Source: Tubiluchus corallicola
Lineage: Eukaryota; Animalia; Priapulida
Direction: 5' to 3'
DNA: 64,000 bases
Assembly (NCBI GenBank): GCA_030141605.1
Contig: JAQGDQ010000577.1
Location: 62,001-126,000, forward strand
In this document: piece after piece, positions 13,751 to 26,530 of the stretch
How the letters are laid out: every line of letters begins with the position of its first letter
How positions within the stretch are numbered: the first letter of the stretch is position 1
Translations under genes and position numbers: made by a program
Notes under the pieces: generated by a model
What the model was told of the DNA's origin: nothing
The model's database searches: none
Seen by the model: the letters and a program-made list of their open reading frames with translations, nothing else

Positions 13751-14863
13751 GTAAAATTTGTGGTTTGACTTTAGGCATGTCACCTTTAGCCAGGGCTAAT
13801 ACTGATTCCATATAAACCATTCTAAATAACTTAAAAATAGCAAGGGCTGTAGCCGTTTGCACATGTACAATGTTTAGCAAAAGTTAAAGGTCATTTCAAA
13901 CTTTTAGCTTATGTTATGCTAAGCTGACTTTAGTAAAAAGTAACTACTAAGTAACTAAGGTTGTATTTATTGGGCTACCAGACAAATCACATGTTCAAAA
14001 TTTAACTTTCTGGCTGGTAATAATTACAAGCAAGTGACACTTTAGCCCAACTGTATTATACATTTGCCTACCCATATTTTGAATATTGCCATATTGTGTG
14101 GAGCTAAGGATATGCTGCTACTTTTGACAGGTTAATTTACAAGAAAGTTAGTTAGAATTATCCCTCATTTGAATTACAGGTTTCATACCAAAGATTTATT
14201 CAAGCATCTTAAGTTTTTAAGATTTAATAATAGTGTATATAAAAGTTGTCTGTTTTATGTACAGACATGTATGCTTCCTAATATTTACAGGAAACAATAC
14301 ACTTTTTATGTACAATACTAGGCAGCTCATTGATTAGCATATTCCGGAAATAAGAATTGACCTTACAAAGCATTTTATTGTTCATCAAACATTTTATTGT
14401 TTTGTGGAACAACTTACCATGTAATGTCAAAGAAACTAAGTTGCACAAATGCATTTTATTCATTTAATGTGGCACTCATTCTAAGTATTGCACTTTGCAC
14501 TACAATTTCATCTCAAATCAAAGCTATACATATCTTTTGTCTTTTTTTATTCTTTTTGAACTATGATAAAATTTTGAAGCAAATTGTGTGAAACATAAGG
14601 AATGAAACTTTGTTTTTTACTTTGTTACCAACCTTTTTTATTCATTTTTGTACTCTTCTGCAAAGCTTCTTCCTTTGCCTGTTTTAAGGCTTTAATTATT
14701 TTGATATTTTAATTGTCCAAACCCACTTACACTGCATATATTAGCTCTAATTTGTTTAGCCACTATCACAAACAGCTTTTATTAGTTTCAAGCTGTTCAT
14801 TCCTGACTAATGCATCACTTATGCTCTTTGTTGAATTTAAAGCTGTATTCATATCATTTTTAG

Positions 14864-15017
14864 TGTGAACGCTGTAAGCCGCTGTACAATGACCAGGCAT
14901 ACAAAGATGGTGATCAGCTAAACGCTTATCCGTGCAAGAAATGTGAATGCTACGATCATGCTGACGAGTGTCTTTACAGTCGTAACGAAGACGCTTTTCC
15001 CGCAAGCTACACACTAG
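14864..15017 (+). CDS. USH2A: Usherin exon 8 (laminin EGF)
   Basis: tttttag|TGT; CERCKPLYND...CKKCECYDHADEC; G|gtattt. Confidence 0.9.
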
Positions 15018-15090
15018 GTATTTGCTTTTTTTGTCCGTTATCAGTTTCATCATGCTTTCCTACAGCCGCTTGTATCCAGAATATAGATTG

Positions 15091-15799
15091 CAGTAAGTCC
15101 TCGCTTAACGACGCTGATGCGTTCCAGCAATATGCGACGTTAAGTGAAACGTCGTTAAAACTATAGAAGACAAGTAATTCAAAAGAACTGAGATATGTTC
15201 CAGAGTCAAAAATCAATAGTGCCTAAATCATATAAGCTCAACATTCTATGAGTTTTATTCATATTATTCATATTTCTACTGATTGATGTCTTCCTGCTTG
15301 CCTAAAACCACCTATATATTTTACTTGCTAGTACCTGGCTATAGCCGTTTCTCTTTTGTTTAAGCCTAATCAACAGTTAAACAATAAACACTGCAGAGTC
15401 AATGTCAAGACCCGCGGCACCCTTGTTAATTTTGTCTAGATATTTAGTCTGGTTGCTACAGCAACTGGTTCCTTCCATAAAATTTGCTCGCTGGTCACTT
15501 GATAGTTGTTACAAACCGCCAGTAATACAGTAGCAGCGTCAGTAGTCAGTCGAGTGGCAAAAACATGTATAATAATTGCACTGTTTACATTACAGTTACT
15601 AGTGTGGCTTCAGAACAAAATAACGCAATATGTGTTGTTTTAATGCATCAGATTAGGTAAAAAAATTGTTGCCCAAATAAATGTTTGCCTTGAGTAAAGT
15701 AGAGAGCCGTTAGAGAGCAAAACATGCGTCGTTTAGCGAAAATTAGGTGTAAAAAACAAAACGTCGCTAAACGGGGAGTCGTTAAGCAAGGACTTACTA
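15091..15799. mobile_element. MITE family A copy 2 (opposite orientation)
   Basis: CAGTAAGTCCTCGCTTAACGAC ... GTCGTTAAGCAAGGACTTACTA; interior is the reverse complement of copy 1. Confidence 0.85.
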
Positions 15800-15823
15800 T
15801 ACTTAATGAATTATGTTAACTAG

Positions 15824-15996
15824 GTGGCGGAGGAGTGTGCGTCGATTGTCGACACAACACGGCCGGAAGACAATGTGAAGAATGTAAAGATTCCTACTTC
15901 AGACCGCTGGGTAAAGATCTAAGAGCAGTAGACGTCTGCCATTTGTGTAACTGCACGGCTGCCGGTGTCGCTAATTCTAACATGCTTTGTGAAAAG
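15824..15996 (+). CDS. USH2A: Usherin exon 9 (laminin EGF)
   Basis: actag|GT; GGGVCVDCRHNTAGRQCEECK...CEK; AAG|gtatgg. Confidence 0.9.
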
Positions 15997-16814
15997 GTAT
16001 GGAGTCATAGAGGCAATGCTTTGGGTTGAAGTTTATCAATGTGCTGAAGAATCATATTTCTTTTTTAAATTGACGCTCTGTATTTGGACTTTAGCATTTA
16101 ATGTCACCTTGCATTGGCTGCAGATGTAAAATAAATTACATGGTAACTTGTGGATCATGGATTATGTGGTTATGTTGCATGTACTTCTTAACTCCATTTG
16201 ATCACTGGATCACATGATAAAGTTGTAAAAAAATCTATATTTTATTTTGTGATGTAGTATTGAGTGAACAGTTTAATTGAATGAGTCATCTAATTTCTCA
16301 TGCTGTGTCCACAATCTCAGGGTTTTTGATGATCACCATAGTGTTGCAAATGAATGAATAAATATCTCACCAGTAAAAGACAAGAGAAAAGAAAAGAAAG
16401 ACATCACCACTGTAGTTCTTAAGATATCGCTTGTAGTTCCTCTTAAGAGAAATTGTGTTGTCTTAGAAATATAGACACTCAGTAGAGGTTTTTGGAATTG
16501 TGCAGCTAGAGACCACCGGGCTCAAGCAGTCAAAAAGACTGTTTTTTCCCCAGAAGCAGTTTTGTTTTTTTCCATTTATTTCACATAGTATGTGGATTTA
16601 CAAAGATGAACAACTGTTTAAAATGTAATACCCATCTTTTTTCTTTCTGATTGATAGTCAAAGTATAGAAGTTTGCTTGCAGTTTAACTAGTTCAATTTT
16701 CACATTTGTTTTTGCTATAGAGTGAAACATTGATGAAAAGTGTCCGACGCTGCTATCGTCATGTATCCACATATTAATAAACACGGTGATGGTAGCAGTG
16801 TACAATACTGCACT

Positions 16815-17222
16815 AAGGATAATTTATGTCAGTGTAGGACTCGTGCAACTGATTGTCTTTGTAAAGCGTGTGAACCTGGCTTTACATGTTTGATTTAGGC
16901 TGATGGGCAGTGATGCTATAAGACTCATACATCTGATTGTCTGTCTGAAATGTGTAAACCTGGCTTTGTATTGTTGATTTAGGTTGGTGAACAGTGTCAG
17001 TGTAAACCTTATGCGGCTGATTATCTCTCTGAAGTGTGTGAACTTGGCTTTATTTTTTTGTTTTAGGTCGGCGGACAGTGTCAGTGTAAACCTCATGCGG
17101 CTGATTATCTCTCTGAAGTGTGTGAACCTCGCTTTATTTTTTTGTTTTAGGTCGGCGGACAGTGTCAGTGCAAAACACATGCAGCTGGCCGTCGCTGTGA
17201 AGTGTGTGAACCTGGCTTCTTT
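16815..17222 (+). repeat. 84-bp tandem repeat spanning the intron 9 / exon 10 acceptor (~5 units)
   Basis: Acceptor-like AG at 16898, 16982, 17066 and 17150, each followed by an exon-10-like sequence. Confidence 0.9.
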
Positions 17223-17346
17223 CACTTGAAGGCTGTAAATCCAGATGGATGTGAGCCATGTAACTGCAATGTCAGTGGCACAATCGCTGCAAACATATCG
17301 TGTCATATATCTACTGGGCAGTGCTACTGCAAGAGTAACGTGATGG
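17151..17346 (+). CDS. USH2A: Usherin exon 10 (laminin EGF)
   Basis: tgttttag|GTC; VGGQCQCK...CEPCNCNVSG...GQCYCKSNVM; G|gtaagt. Confidence 0.9.
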
Positions 17347-17520
17347 GTAAGTGATTTTATGCTTAGCCTTTACAGGCATGTATGTATAACTGTGATTCTG
17401 CAGCAAATGGATATACATACAGTGTTTTAACTACTTAGGGTTTTTCTAAAGTGGTTGAGTGCACCAGCTACAGTTTATTGTTTATTATTAATATGGTTTT
17501 TTTATTTCGAATTTACTTTA

Positions 17521-17863
17521 CATAAGTTCCCTCGCTGCTTCGCGGTTCGTTTGTTGCAGACTAGCTGTTTCGCGGGTTTTCAAAAATATTAATGTAAAAT
17601 ATTTATCGCGGTATTTTCGCTGTTTCGCGGTTTTTTGCGGTACTCCTTTCTAAAGTCTTTTTGCACATGCGTAGTACGTGTTGTACAGTAATGTATAGAT
17701 TTGATGAATTTTGCATAAGGGAATGGGAAAGGATTATGTATAAGAGTGTGGGGAGGATTTATAAAGACTTAAAATAATGTATAACTACTAAAATAAGTAT
17801 AAAGTCCCTACTTCGCGGAAATTCACTTATCGCGTGTGGCCCTGGAACGGGGAGGGAACAGTG
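17521..17863. mobile_element. Tigger/pogo-like MITE (single copy here)
   Basis: TA-CATAAGTTCCCTCGC ... GGGAGGGAACAGTG-TA; subterminal TTCGCGG repeats. Confidence 0.65.
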
Positions 17864-18394
17864 TAATTCATAAAAAAAGTGTTAGCAGTCATGATTATTC
17901 ACACTATTAGTAATGTAAACAACATGTCGACAGTGAAACGAATTAGTGGGTCTAGTATTTCTGATAAAATATACAAGCAGTACAATTTCTTTCAAGTTAA
18001 CATGTTGCAATGTAATTTAGAATTGATTGCAGCTGTGCTGTGTTAAAAAAATTAAAATCATTAAAAAAATTAAAATCATTCCTCACTTTTCCTCCTAAGA
18101 ATTCGATGCAGTCTCTAGCCATATTAACAATTACTGGTTGGTTTCCTATCAAAGCCTTTTTCCTCACTGATCTCCTTGCAAAAACTAAGTGCGTAACATC
18201 AAGTGACAGAGTTTTCTGTGTTTGTGGGGCACGTTTATAAGCACTCATCACAATATTAAAATACTGTCATCGGTGTTGCATAAATATAAAAGAAAATTTT
18301 CCAAAATGTCGCATATTATAACAAAGAAAAATAATCAGTAAAAATTACGTTATAATACTAGTAAAAAGTTTTTGCATACAATAATAAGCTATTA

Positions 18395-18830
18395 TACTCG
18401 CTGAAACGGGTGAGTCTTGAGTTGTTTCTTGAGTTCTTTAACTTTTGTAGCCAGTTTTAGATTCATAGGCAACTGATTCCATGAATGTGCCTCACAAACG
18501 GTGAAAGCTCTATATCTAAATGTTACACACTTGGTTTCTGGTATCTTAAGATATAGATTGTCAAATAGATCTTAAAGTTTAGGTTGAAGTAACAAACTCG
18601 AACATCTCTGTCAAATATGATGGTGCTCCACTTTTTAGTGGTTTAAAAGTAAGAACAGGAATTTCAAACTGTATACGATATCTAATTGGTAACCAATGCA
18701 ATGTTTTGAGAGTCATATTTTGATAATTTTGAAATAGTCCTGGCTGCCATGTTTTAAGGTTGGAGTGTAAGTGTAATGCTTTAAGCAGCTGGCATATTGC
18801 AGAATAATATCAATGTTAACACAAACAATA
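18395..18830 (-). mobile_element. Degenerate L2-clade LINE ORF2 C-terminal fragment
   Basis: Minus-strand translation gives TLKTLHWLPIRYRIQFEIPVLTFKPLKSGAPSYLTEM and RAFTVCEAHSWNQLPMNLK...KKQLKTHPF, the typical L2 C-terminal signature. Confidence 0.8.
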
Positions 18831-19127
18831 TAATGTTTGGCCTTTTTTCTTCGTTTTTTGTTCATTTAAATGACCACTGGTTGATTAAAATGTCTAATTA
18901 GGATTCAGCACCATCAGATGTAGACGTAACCAACCCACCTGGTTCTCATATTTGCAAATTTTGGTTTTTTCGCTTAGTTATTTTGAATTGTAGTGTGGAT
19001 GGATAACATTATTATATGAAAAAGTGTGACTACGTCCATTTTCCACAAAAATTGTCAGCATTCTTCTTTGTTATTTTAGCTTTTAATTTTCGGCATATCA
19101 AATCACAATATCTGGGTATATTTGCAG

Positions 19128-19325
19128 GTTTAAAGTGCAGTGATTGCAAGTATGGCTACTTTAGCTTATCCAGAACGAATCGCAATGGTTGTACACCGTG
19201 TAACTGCAATCCGCTGGGTTCGTCGATGATTTATTGTGATCCGGTGGGTGGGCAGTGTTTATGCAAGGATAACGTTACAAGCAGAATGTGTGATGAGTGT
19301 GCAGATGGATTCTATGATTTCTTGG
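19128..19325 (+). CDS. USH2A: Usherin exon 11 (laminin EGF)
   Basis: tttgcag|GT; LKCSDCKYGYF...CTPCNCNPLGS...CDECADGFY; G|gtaaga. Confidence 0.9.
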
Positions 19326-19732
19326 GTAAGAATTTGTGATTATTAAAGCAAGGGCATGGAAATTGTGGATAATTGGTGAACTATTGATTTAAAATGTTAA
19401 TTTTAAGATTACCGAATAATGGTGGAATAAACACAGAAATTTCGATTTTTGAAATCAAATTTTTCTTGCCTTTTGCCAAGTTTCATTTAGAAGATTTAAT
19501 AGGAATGTTTTTATTCTAACACGATTTGCCACTAAATTTGTCAGCAAAGTGCTGCTGGATTTCTGACAACTACAGGGTGTCCCAGAAGTATATTGACTGT
19601 AGGCAGTCGTTGACTATCGACCACAATACTTTCCGGCGGATTGGTCGTAATACAAATTGTGTTGCAAATCGGACCCATATATTAAAGCGGTGCACCACTA
19701 TACAAAAGATATTGTGTGTGTGTGCGCGCAAT

Positions 19733-20187
19733 AAGTTAAGCAACGTAGAGCCTGGTTAGTACTTACATGGGTGACCGCTTAGGAATACCAGGTGCTGTAG
19801 GCTTGCGAGATGCCCACACTGTATCTCGACACTAGGCGGAGGAGGTCAAGTGACCCAGCGTCCATGTGTAGAGGAGTAAACCTTCCAAATCAGGAGTGGA
19901 GCCCCGAAGGCGGACCAGTGCAGCATGCTCACTGCCTCCGGCAGCTCCTGCAGCCAACCTGGTGCCAAACGCATCGCTCCGCCTTCATTTGGACTACACC
20001 AGCGAGGAAGAGAAGGGGCAACTGGGCAACTCAGGATCTCCATACACCTTGCCCAGGCGTGCAACCTGGAGACGTTCAAGGATCGCACTGCTCAGCCACA
20101 GTCGACGCTGCAGCTCCATCAATGTGATCAATAACTGACTCTGTTGGCTCACACTCCATTGTCTTCCTAGACAGAAGGATGCCAACC
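19733..20187 (+). mobile_element. 5S rRNA-headed SINE, 5'-truncated second copy
   Basis: AAGTTAAGCAACGTAGAGCCTGGTTAGTACTTACATGGGTGACCGCTTAGGAATACCAGGTGCTGTAGGCTT (3' two-thirds of 5S) followed by a body colinear with the 60062-60608 element. Confidence 0.88.
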
Positions 20188-21032
20188 ATTTCAACGCACT
20201 AAGTATGGTGACGCCAGCATACAGTTCAATTTATCGAAACAAACAACGCTTTAAAATTATTTCATTTACGAAAATAGAAGGCATTATGAGTTATAGGTGG
20301 TTATAGCTTCTGAAAAGAAGTACTTTGCTGATAAGCTTTTGTATGCCATCTTTTCAAAGCATTTCAGCTAATGATTACAATGAAGACGCATTTCCAACGT
20401 CATCATTTGAAGTTAAATGTTTGTGCAACAATCTCTGATTCTCACTTGAAGTTCATCTAGGGTCTTAGTTTCGCTTTGCAAAAACTTTTCTGTTGATGTA
20501 GGCTCATCAAACGGTAGCACGGAGCCAAATCTGACAAATAACGGTCTTTTCCTCTGGAGGCCCTCAGCGACCAATCCACCAGATGAAGAAGTCTTGCATT
20601 AAGAAAGTTTCTCGCAGCTCGTATTAATAATGATTAGCCAGTTGTACTTTGAATACTAAGAGAATTTTCAAAGACTGTTTCAATTCAGGTCAGCATTTGT
20701 GAAGATTGAAGAAAATTTGAAGAGAAAAATAGACTTCAGTTTTACAACAGTCTTTACTGTCTGCATGGCATGCCTTAAAGTTTATCCAATGATTGACTGC
20801 CACTGTTTCCCTCCACTTTTCAGTGTGTATGGCTGTTTGCAATAAAGAAATCATTAAAATCTGTCAATGAAAATTGAGTTGCGAAGAAAACATTACTGGC
20901 AGAGTAAACTTTATTAACTTGTTTAAGTCAAGATGTTCAGCTTAGAAGCTAATGTGGACTCAAACAAAGTACATAAACTGCAGATGAAAGTAGCTTGTAA
21001 ATAAATGTAAGAAAATCTATGTGTGTTTTCAG

Positions 21033-21118
21033 GTGGTTGTAAGCCTTGTGCTTGCAATGAGCTGGGCATGGAAACAGGAACATTCTGTGACAAGAAAACT
21101 GGGCAATGTGTGTGCAAG
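21033..21118 (+). CDS. USH2A: Usherin exon 12 (laminin EGF)
   Basis: ttttcag|GT; GCKPCACNELG...CDKKTGQCVCK; AAG|gtaata. Confidence 0.9.
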
Positions 21119-21640
21119 GTAATACAAAATTGATGTTAAGAATTTTGAAATTTGGTGACATTGTCGCTAGAAATGTATAGATCTTGGTGAACATGAAAGT
21201 GTAGGCATTGATAATACGTTTGTGTTGTTATAAAGTATCCATTTGTAATGGTATTTGGTAGGTCAAAGAAATGCATGTCGTAGAACGAAAAGTTTAGACT
21301 CCTTTGTGAAGTTTCTAGAAGCCTGTGGAACCAAATTAAAGCATTCACTGCTTTATTTATGCAGTTGTACATAAGTGTGTCACGTCTGATGTAACTTCTA
21401 AAAGGATTCGAAATATTGAATTACTCTTCAGTTTAGGTAAGCAGGTTAACAAAGTCATTGTTTCATTTGTATACTTACAAAGTGCTGTTGGCACAACATT
21501 TTTGTGGCTTAGCAGTTCGATTTCTCGTACAATGAGTAAATATTGGACAGAGAATTACTACACCCCATTGTAAATATTTATTTATAAATCGTGCTTGTTT
21601 CTCATTTGACTTGTGGTTGAAAATTTTTGAATAAATATAG

Positions 21641-21817
21641 TTGAACGCTGCTGGTTGGAAGTGTGATGAGTGCATGGACGAGCATTGGAATCTCGGTGCC
21701 TCTGCTGCTCTGGGATGTATTAGTTGTGACTGTAGTACAGCCGGTACTGTGAACGGTACGCTTACGTGTGATGCTGTCACCGGTGCTTGTATGTGCAAAA
21801 AGTATACTGTCGGGAGG
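21641..21817 (+). CDS. USH2A: Usherin exon 13 (laminin EGF)
   Basis: atatag|TTG; GWKCDECM...CISCDCSTAGT...CMCKKYTVGR; AGG|gtgagt. Confidence 0.88.
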
Positions 21818-22585
21818 GTGAGTATTGTGCATTTGACACCTTTTTTGTACGTATAACAAATGTTTGTGGTGAAGTGCAGACAATCTTAATTACACATTTT
21901 AAAGGGAAAGAAAACCCCTTTTTTGAACGTCGTTGACATAGAGGTTTGGAGTCCAGGTGCACCACTTTAGGAACAATTCTTAAGTGTTTTAAGACTAATA
22001 ACATTTCATGTAGACATATTGACACATTCTCTGCATTTGCCCACAGTTTATATTGTATCTATAGAGCAGCTGAGCTAATCGTAATGTACGTATATGAACA
22101 ATCTTTCCTTGTCATTAATAAAAAAGTTTCTTACAGGAGCAGATTATAGGAAACGAAAAAACAAAAAAGCTGGCTAACATCGAACAGCAAAAAAGTCTTA
22201 TTAAAATAAATCTGTATTAAATTTCATAATATATGCTCCTATGTATCACTTACGTGATTTCAAATTCAATCATCACACACACTGTGTATAGGTAATATCT
22301 TCTCAATTATATACCATAATACACGTATAAACCTAACACATGGGTACCTTCATACTATATTGTATACAACAAAAATTCAATTGTTGTATACAATATAGGG
22401 ATTGGGGATTTTTTTTAAAACCCGTCACCTTAACCGATTATTGACCTTGTTTAGGACAATTTATGTAAAAAAAATCACTAAACTCCGCAGATATTTGTGG
22501 AGCTTGCTGCAAGAAGCATTTTTAGATATGTAGATCTGTGTAAAAAATGTTTATTCTTGTTAAGTTACATTAATATTCATCCTAG

Positions 22586-22781
22586 GAGTGTAATCGGTGT
22601 CATCAGAATAGTTGGGGGATAGACGAGGATAATCCCGAGGGTTGCCAGCTCTGTGATTGTGATCCTTCGGGTACCGAGTTTGGGGAAAGCATTTACGGCA
22701 ATCTGACGTGCGACCCAAACACCGGTCAGTGTACTTGCATGCCCATGAGAACTGGACGACGATGTGACACATGTGTCGAAG
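22586..22781 (+). CDS. USH2A: Usherin exon 14 (laminin EGF)
   Basis: cctag|GAG; ECNRCHQ...GCQLCDCDPSG...CDPNTGQCTC...CDTCVE; G|gtaccg. Confidence 0.9.
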
Positions 22782-22969
22782 GTACCGTGAACATTACTGC
22801 ATTTGCTCATTTAATACATATTTTTTCTGCTAGGTCTATCACCAGAACTATTCATATAATGTGAGGGATAAACCATTAGATTAAATGAACTTTGTGTTAG
22901 TTAGCCTTGTATTCTTGCTGTTTGAAAGTATGTGGAAATCTTGTACCATTTAAATATCTTGTCATTAAT

Positions 22970-23772
22970 TCTTGAGTTTGCAGCAAAATCTTCCATGTCT
23001 TGGGTGTGCAGCAAAATCTTACAATTCTTGAGGGTGCAGCAGAATCTTGCAAGCTTTGAGTGTGCAGCGAAATCTTGTTAGTCGTGAGTGTGCAGCAAAT
23101 TCTTGCAAATCTTGAGCGTGCAGCAGAATCTTTTAAGTCGTGAGTGTGCAGCAAATTCTTGCAAATCTTGAGCGTGCAGCAGAATCTTTTAAGTTGTAAC
23201 TGTGCAGCAAAATTTTGCAAATCTTGATCATGCAGCAGAATCTTTTAAGTCGTGAGTGTGCAGCAAAATTTTGCAAATCTTGAACGTGCAGCAGAATCTT
23301 GTAACTCGCGAGTGTGCAGCAAAATTTAGCAAATCTTGAGTACACAGCAGAATCTTGCAAGTCTTGAGTGCACAGCAAAATCTTACAAGTCTCGAGTGCA
23401 TAGCAAAATCTTGTAAATCTTGAGTGTGCAACAAAATTTTGTAAGTCTTAAGTGTGCAGCAGAATCTTGTAAGTCTTGAGTGTGCAGCAAAATTTTGTAA
23501 GTCTTAAGTGTGCAGCAAAATTTTGTAAGCCTTGAGTGTGCAGCAAAATCTTGCAAGTCTTGAGTGTGCAGCAAAATCTTGCAACTCCTGAATGTGAAGC
23601 AAAATCTTGCAAGTCTTGAGTGTGCAGCAAAATCTTGTAAGTCTTGAGTGTGAAGCAAAATCTTGCAAGTCTTGAGTGTGCAGCAAAATCTTGTAAGCCT
23701 TGAGTGTGCAGCAGAATCTTGCAAGTCCTGAATGTGAAGCAAAATTTTGCCAGTCTTCAGTGTGCAGCAAAA
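22970..23772. repeat. 28-bp tandem minisatellite, ~28 copies
   Basis: Unit AAAATCTTGCAAGTCTTGAGTGTGCAGC. Confidence 0.95.
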
Positions 23773-24048
23773 TGCTGAAGAGATGTTGACCCAGGTTATT
23801 TCAATCGGATTTAATTGCTGATTTGACAAATTTGAACAGTAACTTATTTCTGCTTTATTTTAGATTATGTTTCGATTAGAAAAAACTTGAAAGATTTCAT
23901 TTGTTGATACTCATCTCTTCTTTCAAGATTGTTTTATATTTCACAACAATCACACAGAAATGCGTCTACTGTTATTTTTTTAGTTACTGAACAAATTGAT
24001 GGAGATACTTTGATGACATTGCTGATTGTGCTCAAACGTGTTATCTAG

Positions 24049-24241
24049 GTTTTTATGTTAATCCCAGTGCTGGAGGCGGGTGTTTAGAATGCGATTGTCA
24101 CCCTCGTGGCGCTCTACCGGGAAGTACATGCGATCCGGACACCGGACAGTGTGTTTGCGTTCAGCAGAATTCCGGAGTTAGCGGTTTAGCGTGTGATCAG
24201 TGTTTGACCGGATTTTATCAGTTTGATCCTGGAACTGGCAG
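24049..24241 (+). CDS. USH2A: Usherin exon 15 (laminin EGF)
   Basis: atctag|GT; GCLECDCHPRG...CDPDTGQCVC...CDQCLTGFY; AG|gtagct. Confidence 0.9.
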
Positions 24242-24643
24242 GTAGCTTTCGTGTTCTGTTTTTTCTTTCTTGTTCTTTTACTTGTCAGCTAGGTGGTGTT
24301 CTTGGTTTGCCAAGTAATCTTTGAACATCTGAATTATTTCATTTTAACCCTGTGATTGTGGGATGGGTCTTTCTAGCACTAGATCTCATTTTTTGTATTT
24401 TTCCATCTTATTTTCCTTGTCTGTCAACACAATTTTTATTTTAATTTAGCAATTTCTCCTATAATTAATGAATGACTACATTAAATTTGTTTGAACTTAA
24501 GAGAAAATGTTTAGAAAAGTAACAGGTTGTGTTGTTAACCAGTACTTGTGCATCATGCACCAATCCTCTAATCCTCTTTTAATGTACCAATTTCTTTAGA
24601 TCATCAAAGAAAGGAAAAAAACCTGTGGTACCCAGTAAATTAA

Positions 24644-25220
24644 CACTTTCACTACATAGTTGCTTTTTAACTTGGCCACATTGACCTTTGCACATTTGAC
24701 AATAACTTCCTGGCAGTGGTTTGCTAAAACAGAATATTGTAAATAAACAAATAGTTGTTCATTATTGTGTACTAATGTTAAATATTAGTTTTATTTCTGT
24801 GCGTGCACACACACACACACATGAGCACACATACATGCACTCACGCACACACATACACATACACACGTTCACACAATCATAAATAAGCATGTACTTATAT
24901 TTAAAAACCAGTTTTCATGAAAGACACAATACTAATCCATAATATCCATTCATTTTATAAGAATGCAAAACATTCAACTAAACATACGTTTGATCAACGA
25001 TCTAACGTCATTTTGCATGGGAACATACCATACCATATAGTGGAATGCGCCTGGTTTCAGACGCTGATTGGTTGGCTAGCCTTACTGGCTGAGAACCAAC
25101 CCCAATCCCATGGCTGTTAAACTTTTTTACAATGCTTTGAATGGCCGTAGCGATGAAATAAACAGACGTGAGTGTCTGCGCTTAGTGATGAGCAGTCTAC
25201 TTCCTTCCGTAGCGAAAGAG
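24644..25220. mobile_element. piggyBac-like non-autonomous element
   Basis: TTAA-CACTTTCACTAC ... GTAGCGAAAGAG-TTAA (12-bp TIR with 2 mismatches, TTAA both sides). Confidence 0.6.
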
Positions 25221-25244
25221 TTAAGCATGTTTATTTTCCTGTAG

Positions 25245-25408
25245 ATGTAGTCCATGTAACTGCGATCCAGCAGGCAGCCTCAATCTAACGTGCCATCCGT
25301 ACACCGGAGCTTGTCAATGCAAACCATACACGACAGGTGCAAAGTGCGACACTTGTATAGAAGAAGCTAGTAACTTGGACCAGCTGAATCCATTCGGTTG
25401 TAGCAAGA
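25245..25408 (+). CDS. USH2A: Usherin exon 16 (last laminin EGF)
   Basis: cctgtag|A; CSPCNCDPAGS...CQCK...NPFGCSK; A|gtatgt. Confidence 0.9.
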
Positions 25409-25436
25409 GTATGTTTCTACTTGTCTGATATTAGCT

Positions 25437-25506
25437 AGTTATCGACTATCGAGCTTCTAAGATAATAATAATAACAACAACAATAACAATAATAATAATA
25501 ATGATA

Positions 25507-25570
<64 letters not shown>

Positions 25571-25580
25571 GGAGGAGGAG

Positions 25581-25624
<44 letters not shown>

Positions 25625-26499
25625 CAACAACAATAATAAAAATTTGTTATTTGTATAGCGCATCACATCAAGTATCTTGATGCGCTTTACAATTAGAAAG
25701 TCCATTATAACTTAAAATTACATCCCAAAATTAATCATTGTAAATTATAAAATCATAATCATAATAATTGTAAATAGTGCCATAAATAGTGCTAGTGTAC
25801 AATCTTACTTTTTGTCTTGTTTTAGCTGCTGGTCTGTTCACACGTTGAAGAGGAAAAAATACTTTTGCTGTTTTTTATTATGTTTTAAGTAGTTTGTTAA
25901 GCCGTAACACTGCGCTTTATTGATTTCCGCTATGACATTGATAATATAATCAGTCTTTATTTTGAATTTCAATCCGCGATCAGTGTGAAAGTCATGATTA
26001 GAAATGTGCAAAGTGATGCTATGCGTAGTAAGTGGTAAACTTAAAACATTGAAGGCAATGGCGTAAATGGTTTCTTTTGATATATTCCTTTATTTTAGCC
26101 GTAAGATGAAAAAAAGTGTTGAGAATACCTTAAGCTCAATATGTTGAGTACGTATATTATAACGCACGTATGCCTTCGGGCCTTTGCAGTTATTGCTCAA
26201 CAATAATGATGTCATTTGCCCTTGCCGTCATTACAAAATTTTAAAGCCATTAAAAGCACACATGTTTAGGCAGCTTTATAGATCATTCCATTACAATATT
26301 TGTACATAGGGTAGAGTATGTCGGTTAAAATTTACAATTAGTATTAAAATTCGATTTTCTAGCACTATTTACAATTAGTATGATTTTATAATTTAGAATG
26401 ATTAATTTTATTATATAATTTTAAGTTATAACGGACTTTCTAATTGTAAAGATACTTGATGTGATGCCCTATATAAATAACAAATTATTATTGTTGTTA

Positions 26500-26530
<31 letters not shown>

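Noticed and set aside
19571-19710. Tc1/mariner-like left end TACAGGGTGTCCCA
   Set aside because: No matching right TIR found; at most a fragment.
19810-20194. Short ORFs inside the SINE copies (also 60058-60400)
   Set aside because: Frames are not conserved between the two copies because of indels; GC-rich non-coding body.
22897-23829. Cluster of minus-strand ORFs / CRISPR-like periodicity
   Set aside because: Head-to-tail 28-bp minisatellite with no unique spacers, in eukaryotic intron DNA, with no cas genes.
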